The position numbers and the translations under genes were made by a program. A DNA stretch of 64,000 nucleotides, from NCBI GenBank assembly GCA_944386805.1, contig CALXCO010000008.1:2649-66648 (forward strand), read 5' to 3'. Under the pieces are notes generated by a model. It made no database searches. It worked only from the letters and a program-made list of their open reading frames with translations, and was not told where the DNA came from. The DNA is from an uncultured Clostridia bacterium (GTDB lineage: Bacteria; Bacillota; Clostridia; Oscillospirales; Ruminococcaceae). Shown in pieces: positions 53,452 to 61,129 of this stretch. Within the stretch, counting starts at the first letter, position 1. Each line of letters begins with the position of its first letter.

Positions 53452-53568
53452 GTTCCCTGCCAACAAAATTCCCTTTTTCTGTCTGCAAAGTGCATACTTG
53501 ACCAAACCGCGTTTTCATTGTACAATAGAAAAGCAGCACGCTTATTGTTGTAAAAACAGAAAGGTTGG

Positions 53569-53835
53569 ATGAAGATGGCAACTTATACATTTACCCCTCG
53601 CGGCGTATGCTCCCGCAAAATTGATTTTACACTCGAAAATGGTATCATTAAAGACGTTCGTTTTACCGGCGGCTGTTCCGGCAATACCCAGGGTGTCGCA
53701 GCTCTGTGCATCGGCCGTCCTGCAGCCGAAGTGATCGGCATTATCAAAGGCATCCGCTGCGGTGTCAAACCGACTTCCTGCCCTGACCAGCTGGCCAACG
53801 CTCTGGAACAGGCGCTCGAACAGGAAAAACAGTAA
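53569..53835 (+). CDS. TSCPD-domain protein (TIGR03905-like)
   Basis: 88 aa. CSRKIDFTLENG...VRFTGGCSGNTQG...CG.K.TSCPDQLA pattern. Confidence 0.8.
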   Translation: MKMATYTFTPRGVCSRKIDFTLENGIIKDVRFTGGCSGNTQGVAALCIGRPAAEVIGIIKGIRCGVKPTSCPDQLANALEQALEQEKQ

Positions 53836-53849
53836 TTTCCTTTAACGAA

Positions 53850-53895
53850 AAAAGACTGCGGTATCCGTTTGTACATCAGGGTACCGCAGTCTTTT
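53850..53895. terminator. Bidirectional terminator
   Basis: AAAAGACTGCGGTA.CC-loop-GG.TACCGCAGTCTTTT. Confidence 0.8.
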
Positions 53896-53898
53896 GGT

Positions 53899-54507
53899 TT
53901 ATTCAGCGTCGCTGGTGCTATTGGTGTTGCTGCTGTCGCTGGTATCGCTGGAATCACTGGTATCGTTGGTGCTGTTCATATCGTCGGTGCTATCGGTATT
54001 GCCGGTGTCATCGGCAGCGTCGTCGGTATGGAAGCTCCCCATCACCAGTTCAACCCGTCCCGTCTCGGTCAGCGGCAGTTCGGAATAGTTCTCGACCGTT
54101 CCGTCCGCAAGCGTCGCTTCCGCCTGCCAGCTGGTGCAGTCGCCCCATTCTTCCCGCTGGAGTGTCAGCGAAATGACAGTACCGTCCTCCCAGGGTGAAT
54201 CGCCGAGGATTTCCAGACTCCAGTAATCGTCTTCCCCATCTTCCGGTCGAATCCGCAGCGAAGTGACAGCCTGTCCGGTTCCGTTGCACAGCTCAACCGT
54301 GTGCTCCCCTTCTTCGGTATAATCATCCACCGGCTGTTCAAACGATGAGGACGGTTCCGAGGAGGATGTCGAACTGGATTCCGATTCAGATACCTGGGAG
54401 GAGGTCTGAGCAGAACTGTCCGACGAATTGGGTTCAGTATTCTGATTGCACCCGGCGAGCGCGAACACCATTGTCAGCGCGGTCAGGATTATGGCTATTT
54501 TTTTCAT
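53899..54507 (-). CDS. Lipoprotein with an acidic Ser/Thr/Asp-rich C-terminal tail
   Basis: 202 aa. Lipobox LAGC. C-terminus DTGNTDSTDDMNSTNDTSDSSDTSDSSNTNSTSDAE. Confidence 0.8.
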   Translation of the reverse strand: MKKIAIILTALTMVFALAGCNQNTEPNSSDSSAQTSSQVSESESSSTSSSEPSSSFEQPVDDYTEEGEHTVELCNGTGQAVTSLRIRPEDGEDDYWSLEILGDSPWEDGTVISLTLQREEWGDCTSWQAEATLADGTVENYSELPLTETGRVELVMGSFHTDDAADDTGNTDSTDDMNSTNDTSDSSDTSDSSNTNSTSDAE

Positions 54508-54629
54508 GTATCGATATTCTCCTTTATATGGCGGCAGTTATTCTCAAACAAACTTTATTGGATATTATAGCATAAAAAACCGGTCAGGTAAAGCAAATGA
54601 GAATTTTCTGACGTTATTCCTGTAAATAA

Positions 54630-54658
54630 TTGCATTTGCCACAATTTTGTTGTATAAT
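54630..54658 (+). promoter_or_regulatory. Promoter of the second MATE gene
   Basis: TTGCAT-N17-TATAAT. It lies downstream of the track's ORF start at 54647, which is therefore excluded. Confidence 0.6.
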
Positions 54659-54736
54659 ACCTTTTGTAATCTGCATGTAAAGCAAATTTTTCAGAAAGCT
54701 GGGAGTCATGTGAATCTAACAGGCAAAAAAAAGACA

Positions 54737-56104
54737 ATGGATATGACCCAGGGGGTCATATGGAAACAACTGGTCGCATTCGCTTTTCCGCTGCTGATTG
54801 GCAACCTCTTTCAACAGCTGTATAACACCGTCGACTCGATCGTCGTCGGTAACTTCGTCTCAACACAGGCTCTCGCTGCGGTCGGCTCCGTCACCCCGAT
54901 TATCAACATGCTGATCGGCTTCTTCTCCGGTCTGGCGACCGGCGCAGGCGTCGTTATCAGCCAGTATTTCGGCGCACATAACGGCGAAATGGTCCATAAA
55001 TCGGTACATACCACCATCCTGATGACCCTGATCCTTGGGGTCGCGTTTACCTTTATCGGAATCGGCATGGCGCCCGCCATGCTGCGGTTCATGTCGACGC
55101 CGGACGACGTTATGGCAAGTTCGTCCGAATACCTGCGCATCTATTTCGCCGGTGTCATCGGGCTGATGCTGTACAACATCGCATCCGGTATCCTGAGAGC
55201 AGTCGGCGACTCCAAACGCCCGCTGTACTTCCTGATCGTTTCGTCGATCGTCAACGTCGTGCTGGACCTGACGTTCGTCATCGTCTTTAAAATGGGCGTC
55301 GCAGGCGTCGCGTGGGCAACCATCCTGGCACAGTTTATCTCCGCTGCCCTCGCCCTCATCTCGCTGGCAAAAAGCGACGGCGATTACCGGTTTGTCATCC
55401 GTGACCTGAAAATAGACTGGATGGTCCTGAAAAAGGTCGTCCGCATCGGCCTGCCGGCCGGGTTGCAGATGGCGATTACCTCCTTCTCCAACGTCTTTGT
55501 ACAGTCCTACATCAACGCTTTCGGTTCCTCCTGTATGGCGGGCTGGACCTCTTACTCCAAGATCGACCAGTTCGTCCTGCTCCCGATGCAGAGCCTGTCC
55601 CTCTCCGCGACAACCTTCGTCGGTCAGAACCTCGGCGCAGGCAACCTCTCCCGTGCGAAAAAAGGTACCCGCGTTTCCCTCGCGCTTTCGATGGCAATCA
55701 CTGTCCTGCTGACCATCCTGCTGCTGATCTTCTCGCGGCAGATGCTGCTGCTCTTTACCCAGGACGACAACGTGCTGTATTACGGCGGCATCTTTATTCG
55801 CTTCCTTTGTCCGTTTTATGTGCTCTGCTGCGCCAACCAGATCTTTGCAGGTTCGCTGCGCGGCGCCGGAGATGCAACCGGACCAATGTTCATCATGCTG
55901 TTCAGTTTCGTATTCTTCCGTCAGCTGTACCTGTTCTTCGGTACCAAGCTCATCGACTCGGTCATCTTCGTCGGACTGGGATATCCTGCCGGATGGCTGG
56001 TTTGCAGTCTCGGTATGATGATTCATTACTACCGCGGCAAGTGGGAAAAATGGTATACCAATAAAGAAACTGCCAACAAAGAAGCGGCAGAAATCGCGGA
56101 TTAA
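54737..56104 (+). CDS. MATE family efflux transporter
   Basis: MDMTQGVIWKQLVAFAFPLLIGNLFQQLYN is a typical MATE N-terminus. The alternative in-frame GTG at 54710 follows GGGAG by only 4 nt. Confidence 0.85.
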   Translation: MDMTQGVIWKQLVAFAFPLLIGNLFQQLYNTVDSIVVGNFVSTQALAAVGSVTPIINMLIGFFSGLATGAGVVISQYFGAHNGEMVHKSVHTTILMTLILGVAFTFIGIGMAPAMLRFMSTPDDVMASSSEYLRIYFAGVIGLMLYNIASGILRAVGDSKRPLYFLIVSSIVNVVLDLTFVIVFKMGVAGVAWATILAQFISAALALISLAKSDGDYRFVIRDLKIDWMVLKKVVRIGLPAGLQMAITSFSNVFVQSYINAFGSSCMAGWTSYSKIDQFVLLPMQSLSLSATTFVGQNLGAGNLSRAKKGTRVSLALSMAITVLLTILLLIFSRQMLLLFTQDDNVLYYGGIFIRFLCPFYVLCCANQIFAGSLRGAGDATGPMFIMLFSFVFFRQLYLFFGTKLIDSVIFVGLGYPAGWLVCSLGMMIHYYRGKWEKWYTNKETANKEAAEIAD

Positions 56105-56227
56105 ATCTACACAGCGGCCTGGGGTGATGCTTTGCCCCAGGCTGTTTTTGTTCACGGCCTTGTTTTTGCCGGACAAATATGGTATCCTATTGAAAAAAGA
56201 TGCTGCACAGAAAGGAAGCTGTTCCCA

Positions 56228-56617
56228 ATGAAAGAAATTATCCTCGGCACAACCTATACCCTCTCGACCACCGTCACCGAAGACAAACTCGCCTGCAATA
56301 TGAAAAGCGGCTCCCTGCCGGTCTTCGCGACCCCGGCGATGGCTGCACTGATGGAGGAAACCTCTGCCGCGGCACTCTCCATCTTCCTGGAGGAAGGCGA
56401 AACCTCGGTCGGCACTGCGCTGGACCTCAAGCATACCGCCGCTACTCCGCTCGGCATGACCGTCACCGCAACCGCTGAAATCATCGAAATCGACCGCCGC
56501 CGGGTCACCTTCCAGGTAACTGTCCGCGACGAAAAAGAGGAAATCGGTTCTGCATGCCATGACCGGTTTGTCGTCAACGCAGAAAAATTCCTCGCCAAAG
56601 CAAACGCAAAAAAATAA
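56228..56617 (+). CDS. Hotdog-fold thioesterase family protein
   Basis: Start moved to ATG 56228 (MKEIILGTTY) after AAAGGAAG. 129 aa. Resembles FlK/YbgC-type thioesterases. Confidence 0.75.
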   Translation: MKEIILGTTYTLSTTVTEDKLACNMKSGSLPVFATPAMAALMEETSAAALSIFLEEGETSVGTALDLKHTAATPLGMTVTATAEIIEIDRRRVTFQVTVRDEKEEIGSACHDRFVVNAEKFLAKANAKK

Positions 56618-56653
56618 ATACCAATCGGACCATTCCGAAAGGAGGCAATCGGT

Positions 56654-57289
56654 ATGAAACCAACCCGCCGGATACTGGCGGCTGTACTGACCGGTGCGCT
56701 GCTCTGCCTGACCACCGGCTGCACACCCCAGTCAACCAATTCCGCCAAGCCTGTGATCTACCTCTACCCGGAAACCGAAACGGAGATTTCGGTCCGCCTT
56801 TCGCTGGATGGTGAACTGACCACCACCTACCCCGACTACGGTCAGAATGGCTGGACTGTCACTGCGCAGCCGGATGGAACGCTGGTCAGCCATGCCGACG
56901 GCCAAGAATACAGCTACCTCTTCTGGGAAGGGGTCAGCAATGCGGAATATGACCTGTCCAAAGGATGGTGTGTTCCGGGAGATGAGACGGCTGAATTTTT
57001 GCAGGAAACCCTCGCAGCCCTCGGCCTGACACCGGAAGAATACAACGAAATGATCGTCTACTGGCTGCCGCAGATGGAGAAGAATCCCTACAACCTGATT
57101 ACCTTCCAGCAGGAATGCTATACCGACTCCGCAAGGCTGGATATCTCACCCCAGCCGGACAGCCTGCTTCGGGTATTCATGGCCTGGAAACCGCTGGAAC
57201 AGCCGGTGGACATCCAGCCGGATACGCTGGCACCGTTTAAACGGGAAGGGTTTACCGTCGTCGAATGGGGCGGATGCAAATTAAACTGA
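56654..57289 (+). CDS. Lipoprotein, unknown function
   Basis: 211 aa. Lipobox LTTGC. RBS GAAAGGAGG. Confidence 0.8.
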   Translation: MKPTRRILAAVLTGALLCLTTGCTPQSTNSAKPVIYLYPETETEISVRLSLDGELTTTYPDYGQNGWTVTAQPDGTLVSHADGQEYSYLFWEGVSNAEYDLSKGWCVPGDETAEFLQETLAALGLTPEEYNEMIVYWLPQMEKNPYNLITFQQECYTDSARLDISPQPDSLLRVFMAWKPLEQPVDIQPDTLAPFKREGFTVVEWGGCKLN

Positions 57290-57317
57290 AAAAATTGCAG
57301 TTTTTTTCAAAAAACGC

Positions 57318-57346
57318 TTGACAAAATTCTTCCGCCATGCTATAAT
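57318..57346 (+). promoter_or_regulatory. Perfect-consensus promoter of tRNA-Thr
   Basis: TTGACA-N17-TATAAT. Confidence 0.75.
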
Positions 57347-57383
57347 ACAAAAGCTGTCACGGAAAACCTTCCGCAAGACACTC

Positions 57384-57459
57384 GCTGTTATGGCTCAGGC
57401 GGTAGAGCACGTCCTTGGTAAGGACGAGGTCACCAGTTCGAATCTGGTTAACAGCTCCA
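57384..57459 (+). tRNA. tRNA-Thr (anticodon GGU)
   Basis: Hand-folded cloverleaf: acceptor GCTGTTA/TAACAGC, anticodon stem CGTCC/GGACG with loop TTGGTAA, T-arm ACCAG-TTCGAAT-CTGGT, encoded CCA. Confidence 0.93.
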
Positions 57460-57460
57460 G

Positions 57461-57496
57461 AAACGCTTCATGTTTTCACATGAAGCGTTTTTTGTT
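57461..57496 (+). terminator. Terminator after tRNA-Thr
   Basis: AAACGCTTCATG-loop-CATGAAGCGTTT plus TTTTG. Confidence 0.85.
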
Positions 57497-57522
57497 GCTT
57501 TTGGGAGAATTCGGTCATTCAC

Positions 57523-57550
57523 TTGACATATTCAAAACAGGGTCTATAAT
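57523..57550 (+). promoter_or_regulatory. Promoter of the cell-wall-binding protein gene
   Basis: TTGACA-N16-TATAAT. Confidence 0.6.
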
Positions 57551-57601
57551 AAAGAAGAAGCGATTTACTTTTAACCAGTTTGATTATTGGAGTGATTGAT
57601 C

Positions 57602-58378
57602 GTGAAAAATGTCTGGAAAAAACTGTTCTCTGTGATGGCTGCCGCTGTCACCGCCTGCGCAGTCCTGACTGCCCCGGTATCCGCCGGTTGGCACCACAAT
57701 GAGTCCCATCACGGCAGCTCCTCGTCCTGGTCTTACCACCATGACAACGGACGGCAGGCCTGCAATGAATGGGTCTGTGACGGGAATAAATGGTACTGGT
57801 TCGATGAGGACGGCCATATGTGCACCGGCTGGCAGAAGGTCGACGGTTGCTGGTACTATCTGAATAACTCCGGTGAGATGGCGACCGGCTGGAAATGCCT
57901 CGACGGCTGCTGGTATTACCTGAACGGCTCCGGCAAGATGGCCACCGGCTGGAAACAGGTCGGAAATACCTGGTATTATTTCAACGGCGCCGGTAAAATG
58001 AAAACCGGCTGGCTGGAATGGAACGGAGACTGGTACTACTTTGACGGGTCGGGCGCAATGGTCACCGGTACTAAGACCATCGACGGCAAGTCCTATACCT
58101 TCTCTTCCGACGGCAGAATGACCGGCAGCTCGTCGGGTTCCTCCGGCAGTTCTTCCCAGGTGACGGCTCCTGCCGGAGAAAAACAGATCGTCTACTGGGG
58201 CAAAACCGGCACCAAATACCATATCGACCCCCACTGCCGTTCCTTCAAGGGTACTGCCGCCAATTCCGGCACCCTCTCCCAGGCAAAGGCAGCCGGTCGT
58301 GAAGACTGGTGCGGCATCTGCTCCAAGGGATGGACGGATGAAAAGCTGATGCAGCAGGGCAATCCGAACGTCAATTAA
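57602..58378 (+). CDS. Secreted cell-wall-binding repeat protein with a C-terminal His/Cys motif domain
   Basis: GTG 57602 lies 7 nt after GGAGTG (the track begins at TTG 57596). Signal peptide, about six GW..YY repeats, then KYHIDPHCRSFKG...AAGREDWCGIC. Confidence 0.85.
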   Translation: MKNVWKKLFSVMAAAVTACAVLTAPVSAGWHHNESHHGSSSSWSYHHDNGRQACNEWVCDGNKWYWFDEDGHMCTGWQKVDGCWYYLNNSGEMATGWKCLDGCWYYLNGSGKMATGWKQVGNTWYYFNGAGKMKTGWLEWNGDWYYFDGSGAMVTGTKTIDGKSYTFSSDGRMTGSSSGSSGSSSQVTAPAGEKQIVYWGKTGTKYHIDPHCRSFKGTAANSGTLSQAKAAGREDWCGICSKGWTDEKLMQQGNPNVN

Positions 58379-58394
58379 ACCATAAAAAACAGTC

Positions 58395-58443
58395 AAAAGC
58401 GCCCTGTACGGCGGAAATTTTCCGTTCGTACAGGGCGCTTTTT
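58395..58443. terminator. Bidirectional terminator
   Basis: AAAAGCGCCCTGTACG-loop-CGTACAGGGCGCTTTT, a 16-bp stem. Confidence 0.85.
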
Positions 58444-58452
58444 CTGTTCGCA

Positions 58453-59001
58453 TCAGTCGGGATAGCCGTTATAAAAAACTACTTCATCCATCGGACGGCG
58501 GTTCTTGGCAGGTGTCTTTTCATCGGCGGGATGCCCCAACGCAATGACCAGATCCAGCCCCTTCTCAGCCGGAATGCCGAGCACCTTTTTCACGCCGTCG
58601 GCAGAAAAAGAACCGATAATGCAGCTGCCGATTCCCCGCTGCTGGGCTTCCATGCAGAAGCAGACAATCGCACCGCCGATATCGCTTTTGGTGTAATTGT
58701 CGCCCTTCATCTTGCCGCGGTTGACAGGTGTATAGGGAATGCCCTCATTGACAAATACGGCAAATGCGGTCGCACCGCGGGTAAACAAATTAAGTTTCAG
58801 CTCCTCATCGGACGTCTGTTCCCGTACCTTTGCGACCGTCTCCGGGTCATCGACCAGAATAATCCGCCAAGGCTGGCTGTTGCGGGCAGACGGCGCCAGA
58901 CAGGCCGCTTTTGCACAGGCATCCAGATCTTCCCGTGAAACCGGCTGATCGGTATAATTGCGGCAGCTGTAACGGGCAGCCGCCAGTTCAATAAAGTCCA
59001 T
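58453..59001 (-). CDS. Nitroreductase family protein
   Basis: Start moved to ATG 59001 (MDFIELAAARYSCRNY) after GGGAGGGACGAGG. PSARNSQPW motif. Confidence 0.88.
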   Translation of the reverse strand: MDFIELAAARYSCRNYTDQPVSREDLDACAKAACLAPSARNSQPWRIILVDDPETVAKVREQTSDEELKLNLFTRGATAFAVFVNEGIPYTPVNRGKMKGDNYTKSDIGGAIVCFCMEAQQRGIGSCIIGSFSADGVKKVLGIPAEKGLDLVIALGHPADEKTPAKNRRPMDEVVFYNGYPD

Positions 59002-59021
59002 CCTCGTCCCTCCCATGATCC

Positions 59022-60368
59022 TCAGGCATTGTCAACGTCCAGCAGCTGGACATGGTGGCTGTCCCAGCTGCACGGCTTCCAGTAAGGGAGGTCTTCCCCA
59101 TTCGGATCGCCGGTCTTGATAAAGTTGGCCCAGTAGCTGTTGATCTGCTCGGCAAGACGGTAGTCAGCCTGGGATTTGGGGCGCCAGCTGCGGGACAGGG
59201 TGTTGAAAACATACCACAGTTCAGCCGAATGGAACGCGCCGGAATAATCCCCCAGCAGCTTGCGGTCAAAGTAATAGACATAAGCAGGCGTGCGGCCCAG
59301 TTCTGCATTCTTCAGGCTCCAGTTGATACAGCCATAATACAGCTGGGTATGTCCGCCGCGCATCGTCATCTCCGGCGTCTGTCCCAGGTCGTTGCCGCAG
59401 GAACCGATCATATACGGGATGTCCGGGCAATCGCCGTCTTCGACGACCTTGTCGTATCCCTTCTCCAGCAGATACCCGTCGATGACCGCCGTAAAGGGCA
59501 GCCCGGTTCCGGTACGGAAACCTTCCGCCATCATCCGCTCCACTGCCTGCATCACCTTTTCAGGCGGCAGTGCACGCATTTCCTGCAGGGTATTGGCGCC
59601 GGTCAGCTGGGAGAACATTTTTCCCTGTTCGATTGCGTCCGCCATCGTCTTATCCCGAAGGACGCCGGCCTGATATCCGCCGGCCGACTGCATGATCGCG
59701 CCTGCCATCAGGTCACGCGACAGCGGCGACGAGAGCAGCGTCTGGACGCTCATTGCACCGGCGGACTGGCCAAAGATGGTAATCCGGTCGGGGTCGCCGC
59801 CAAATGCTTCGATGTTTTCCTTCACCCATTTGAGCGCAGCAATCTGGTCAAAGATGCCATAGTTACCGCAGCGTCCGTTGGGGTCCTCTTTTGCCAGCTC
59901 AGGGTGGCACAAAAATCCAAATGCACCCAGCCGGTAGTTGATCGTGACCAGAATCACGCCTTTGCGTGCAAACGCTTCACCGTCAAACTCCAGCTCGGAC
60001 CCGAACCCGTTAATCAGTGCCCCACCGTGAATCCAGAAGGCAACCGGCAGTTTCTCACCGGTCAGCGGGCGCCAGATATTCAGATACAGGCAGTCCTCGT
60101 CCATCGGCGGCATAAAGGCCGGATTGGAATAAAATTCGCGGGCATAGTTGATTCCCTTGCCGTCAACCGGCGGCTCCTGCACCATCTGCCAGGCACGGTG
60201 CGGGAAGTCACAGGCTTCCAGTACCCCTGTCCACGGCTGAAGCGGCTGAGGCGCTTTCCACCGAAGGTCGCCGACCGGCGGCTGTGCATAGGGAATGCCA
60301 AAATAAGTAAAACAGGTGTCCTTACGTTTGCCGCGCAGATCACCGTATTTGGTATGAACCAGCTGCAT
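59022..60368 (-). CDS. Type-B carboxylesterase/lipase family protein
   Basis: 448 aa. FGGDPDRITIFGQSAGA nucleophile elbow. Confidence 0.9.
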   Translation of the reverse strand: MQLVHTKYGDLRGKRKDTCFTYFGIPYAQPPVGDLRWKAPQPLQPWTGVLEACDFPHRAWQMVQEPPVDGKGINYAREFYSNPAFMPPMDEDCLYLNIWRPLTGEKLPVAFWIHGGALINGFGSELEFDGEAFARKGVILVTINYRLGAFGFLCHPELAKEDPNGRCGNYGIFDQIAALKWVKENIEAFGGDPDRITIFGQSAGAMSVQTLLSSPLSRDLMAGAIMQSAGGYQAGVLRDKTMADAIEQGKMFSQLTGANTLQEMRALPPEKVMQAVERMMAEGFRTGTGLPFTAVIDGYLLEKGYDKVVEDGDCPDIPYMIGSCGNDLGQTPEMTMRGGHTQLYYGCINWSLKNAELGRTPAYVYYFDRKLLGDYSGAFHSAELWYVFNTLSRSWRPKSQADYRLAEQINSYWANFIKTGDPNGEDLPYWKPCSWDSHHVQLLDVDNA

Positions 60369-60551
60369 CCATCATCATCCTTTCTATCCTGTCAGGAGCT
60401 TCGCTCATCTACATCACATTATAGCACACTCGCCCCAAAAAGAACAGAACTTTTTTGTAAATTCTCAACGGTAATCTTTCGCATTGAACCGCAAAAACTG
60501 TCAGGAATGTTTGGACAATCGCCAAACTGTTTAATAAATTCGGCCATCTTC

Positions 60552-60580
60552 TTGACAAAATGCCTCTGAACAATTATAAT
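60552..60580 (+). promoter_or_regulatory. Perfect-consensus promoter of the Fur-family gene
   Basis: TTGACA-N17-TATAAT. Confidence 0.7.
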
Positions 60581-60583
60581 ATT

Positions 60584-60605
60584 AGATAGATTCCAGAATT
60601 TATCT
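60584..60605. promoter_or_regulatory. Candidate operator: imperfect 22-bp palindrome just downstream of the -10
   Basis: AGATAGATTC-CA-GAATTTATCT. 18 of 22 positions are self-complementary. Starts 4 nt after the TATAAT. Confidence 0.4.
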
Positions 60606-60647
60606 GTAATCGCGGTGAACGTATATTATGCAGAAAGGAAGACAGCA

Positions 60648-61055
60648 ATGGAAAAGCTCAGGCAAATCCTGCGGGATAATCACATCCAGGTCACCCAGCA
60701 GCGTCTGGAAGTGCTTCGGGTGCTGCGGGAACTCAACACCCATGTCACGGTTGACGACGTCGTTGCCGCCCTCCGGGAACGCGACGTGACCCTGACGCTT
60801 GCCACGATTTACAATATCCTCTCGATATTTGAAAAGAAAGGGCTGATTATGAAGATCGAATCAGCCGGTGAACCCATCATCTTTGACGTCAATACCTTCC
60901 CCCACTTCCATATCCTGGACAGTGAAACACGGGAGGTCCGCGACTATGTCAATGATGAGCTGATGGAAATCATCAGCGAATATCTGACCGACCATCCGGT
61001 CAATGGGTTGGATATGCAGCGGATTGACCTCAACCTGATCGGGCATATGGAGTAA
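60648..61055 (+). CDS. Fur family transcriptional regulator (no CxxC pairs)
   Basis: Start moved to ATG 60648 (MEKLRQILRDNHIQVTQQRLEVLRVL) after AAAGGAAG. Winged-helix Fur N-terminus. The C-terminal half has His/Asp/Glu residues but no cysteines. Confidence 0.8.
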   Translation: MEKLRQILRDNHIQVTQQRLEVLRVLRELNTHVTVDDVVAALRERDVTLTLATIYNILSIFEKKGLIMKIESAGEPIIFDVNTFPHFHILDSETREVRDYVNDELMEIISEYLTDHPVNGLDMQRIDLNLIGHME

Positions 61056-61076
61056 ACCTATCGCCCGGCAGACAGC

Positions 61077-61123
61077 AAAACAGGCGGTACCAGCAGCTTT
61101 GCGCTGTGGTATCGCCTGTTTTT
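61077..61123. terminator. Bidirectional terminator
   Basis: AAACAGGCGGTACCA-loop-TGGTATCGCCTGTTT, a 14-bp stem with one G-T pair. Confidence 0.8.
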
Positions 61124-61129
61124 GTCATG

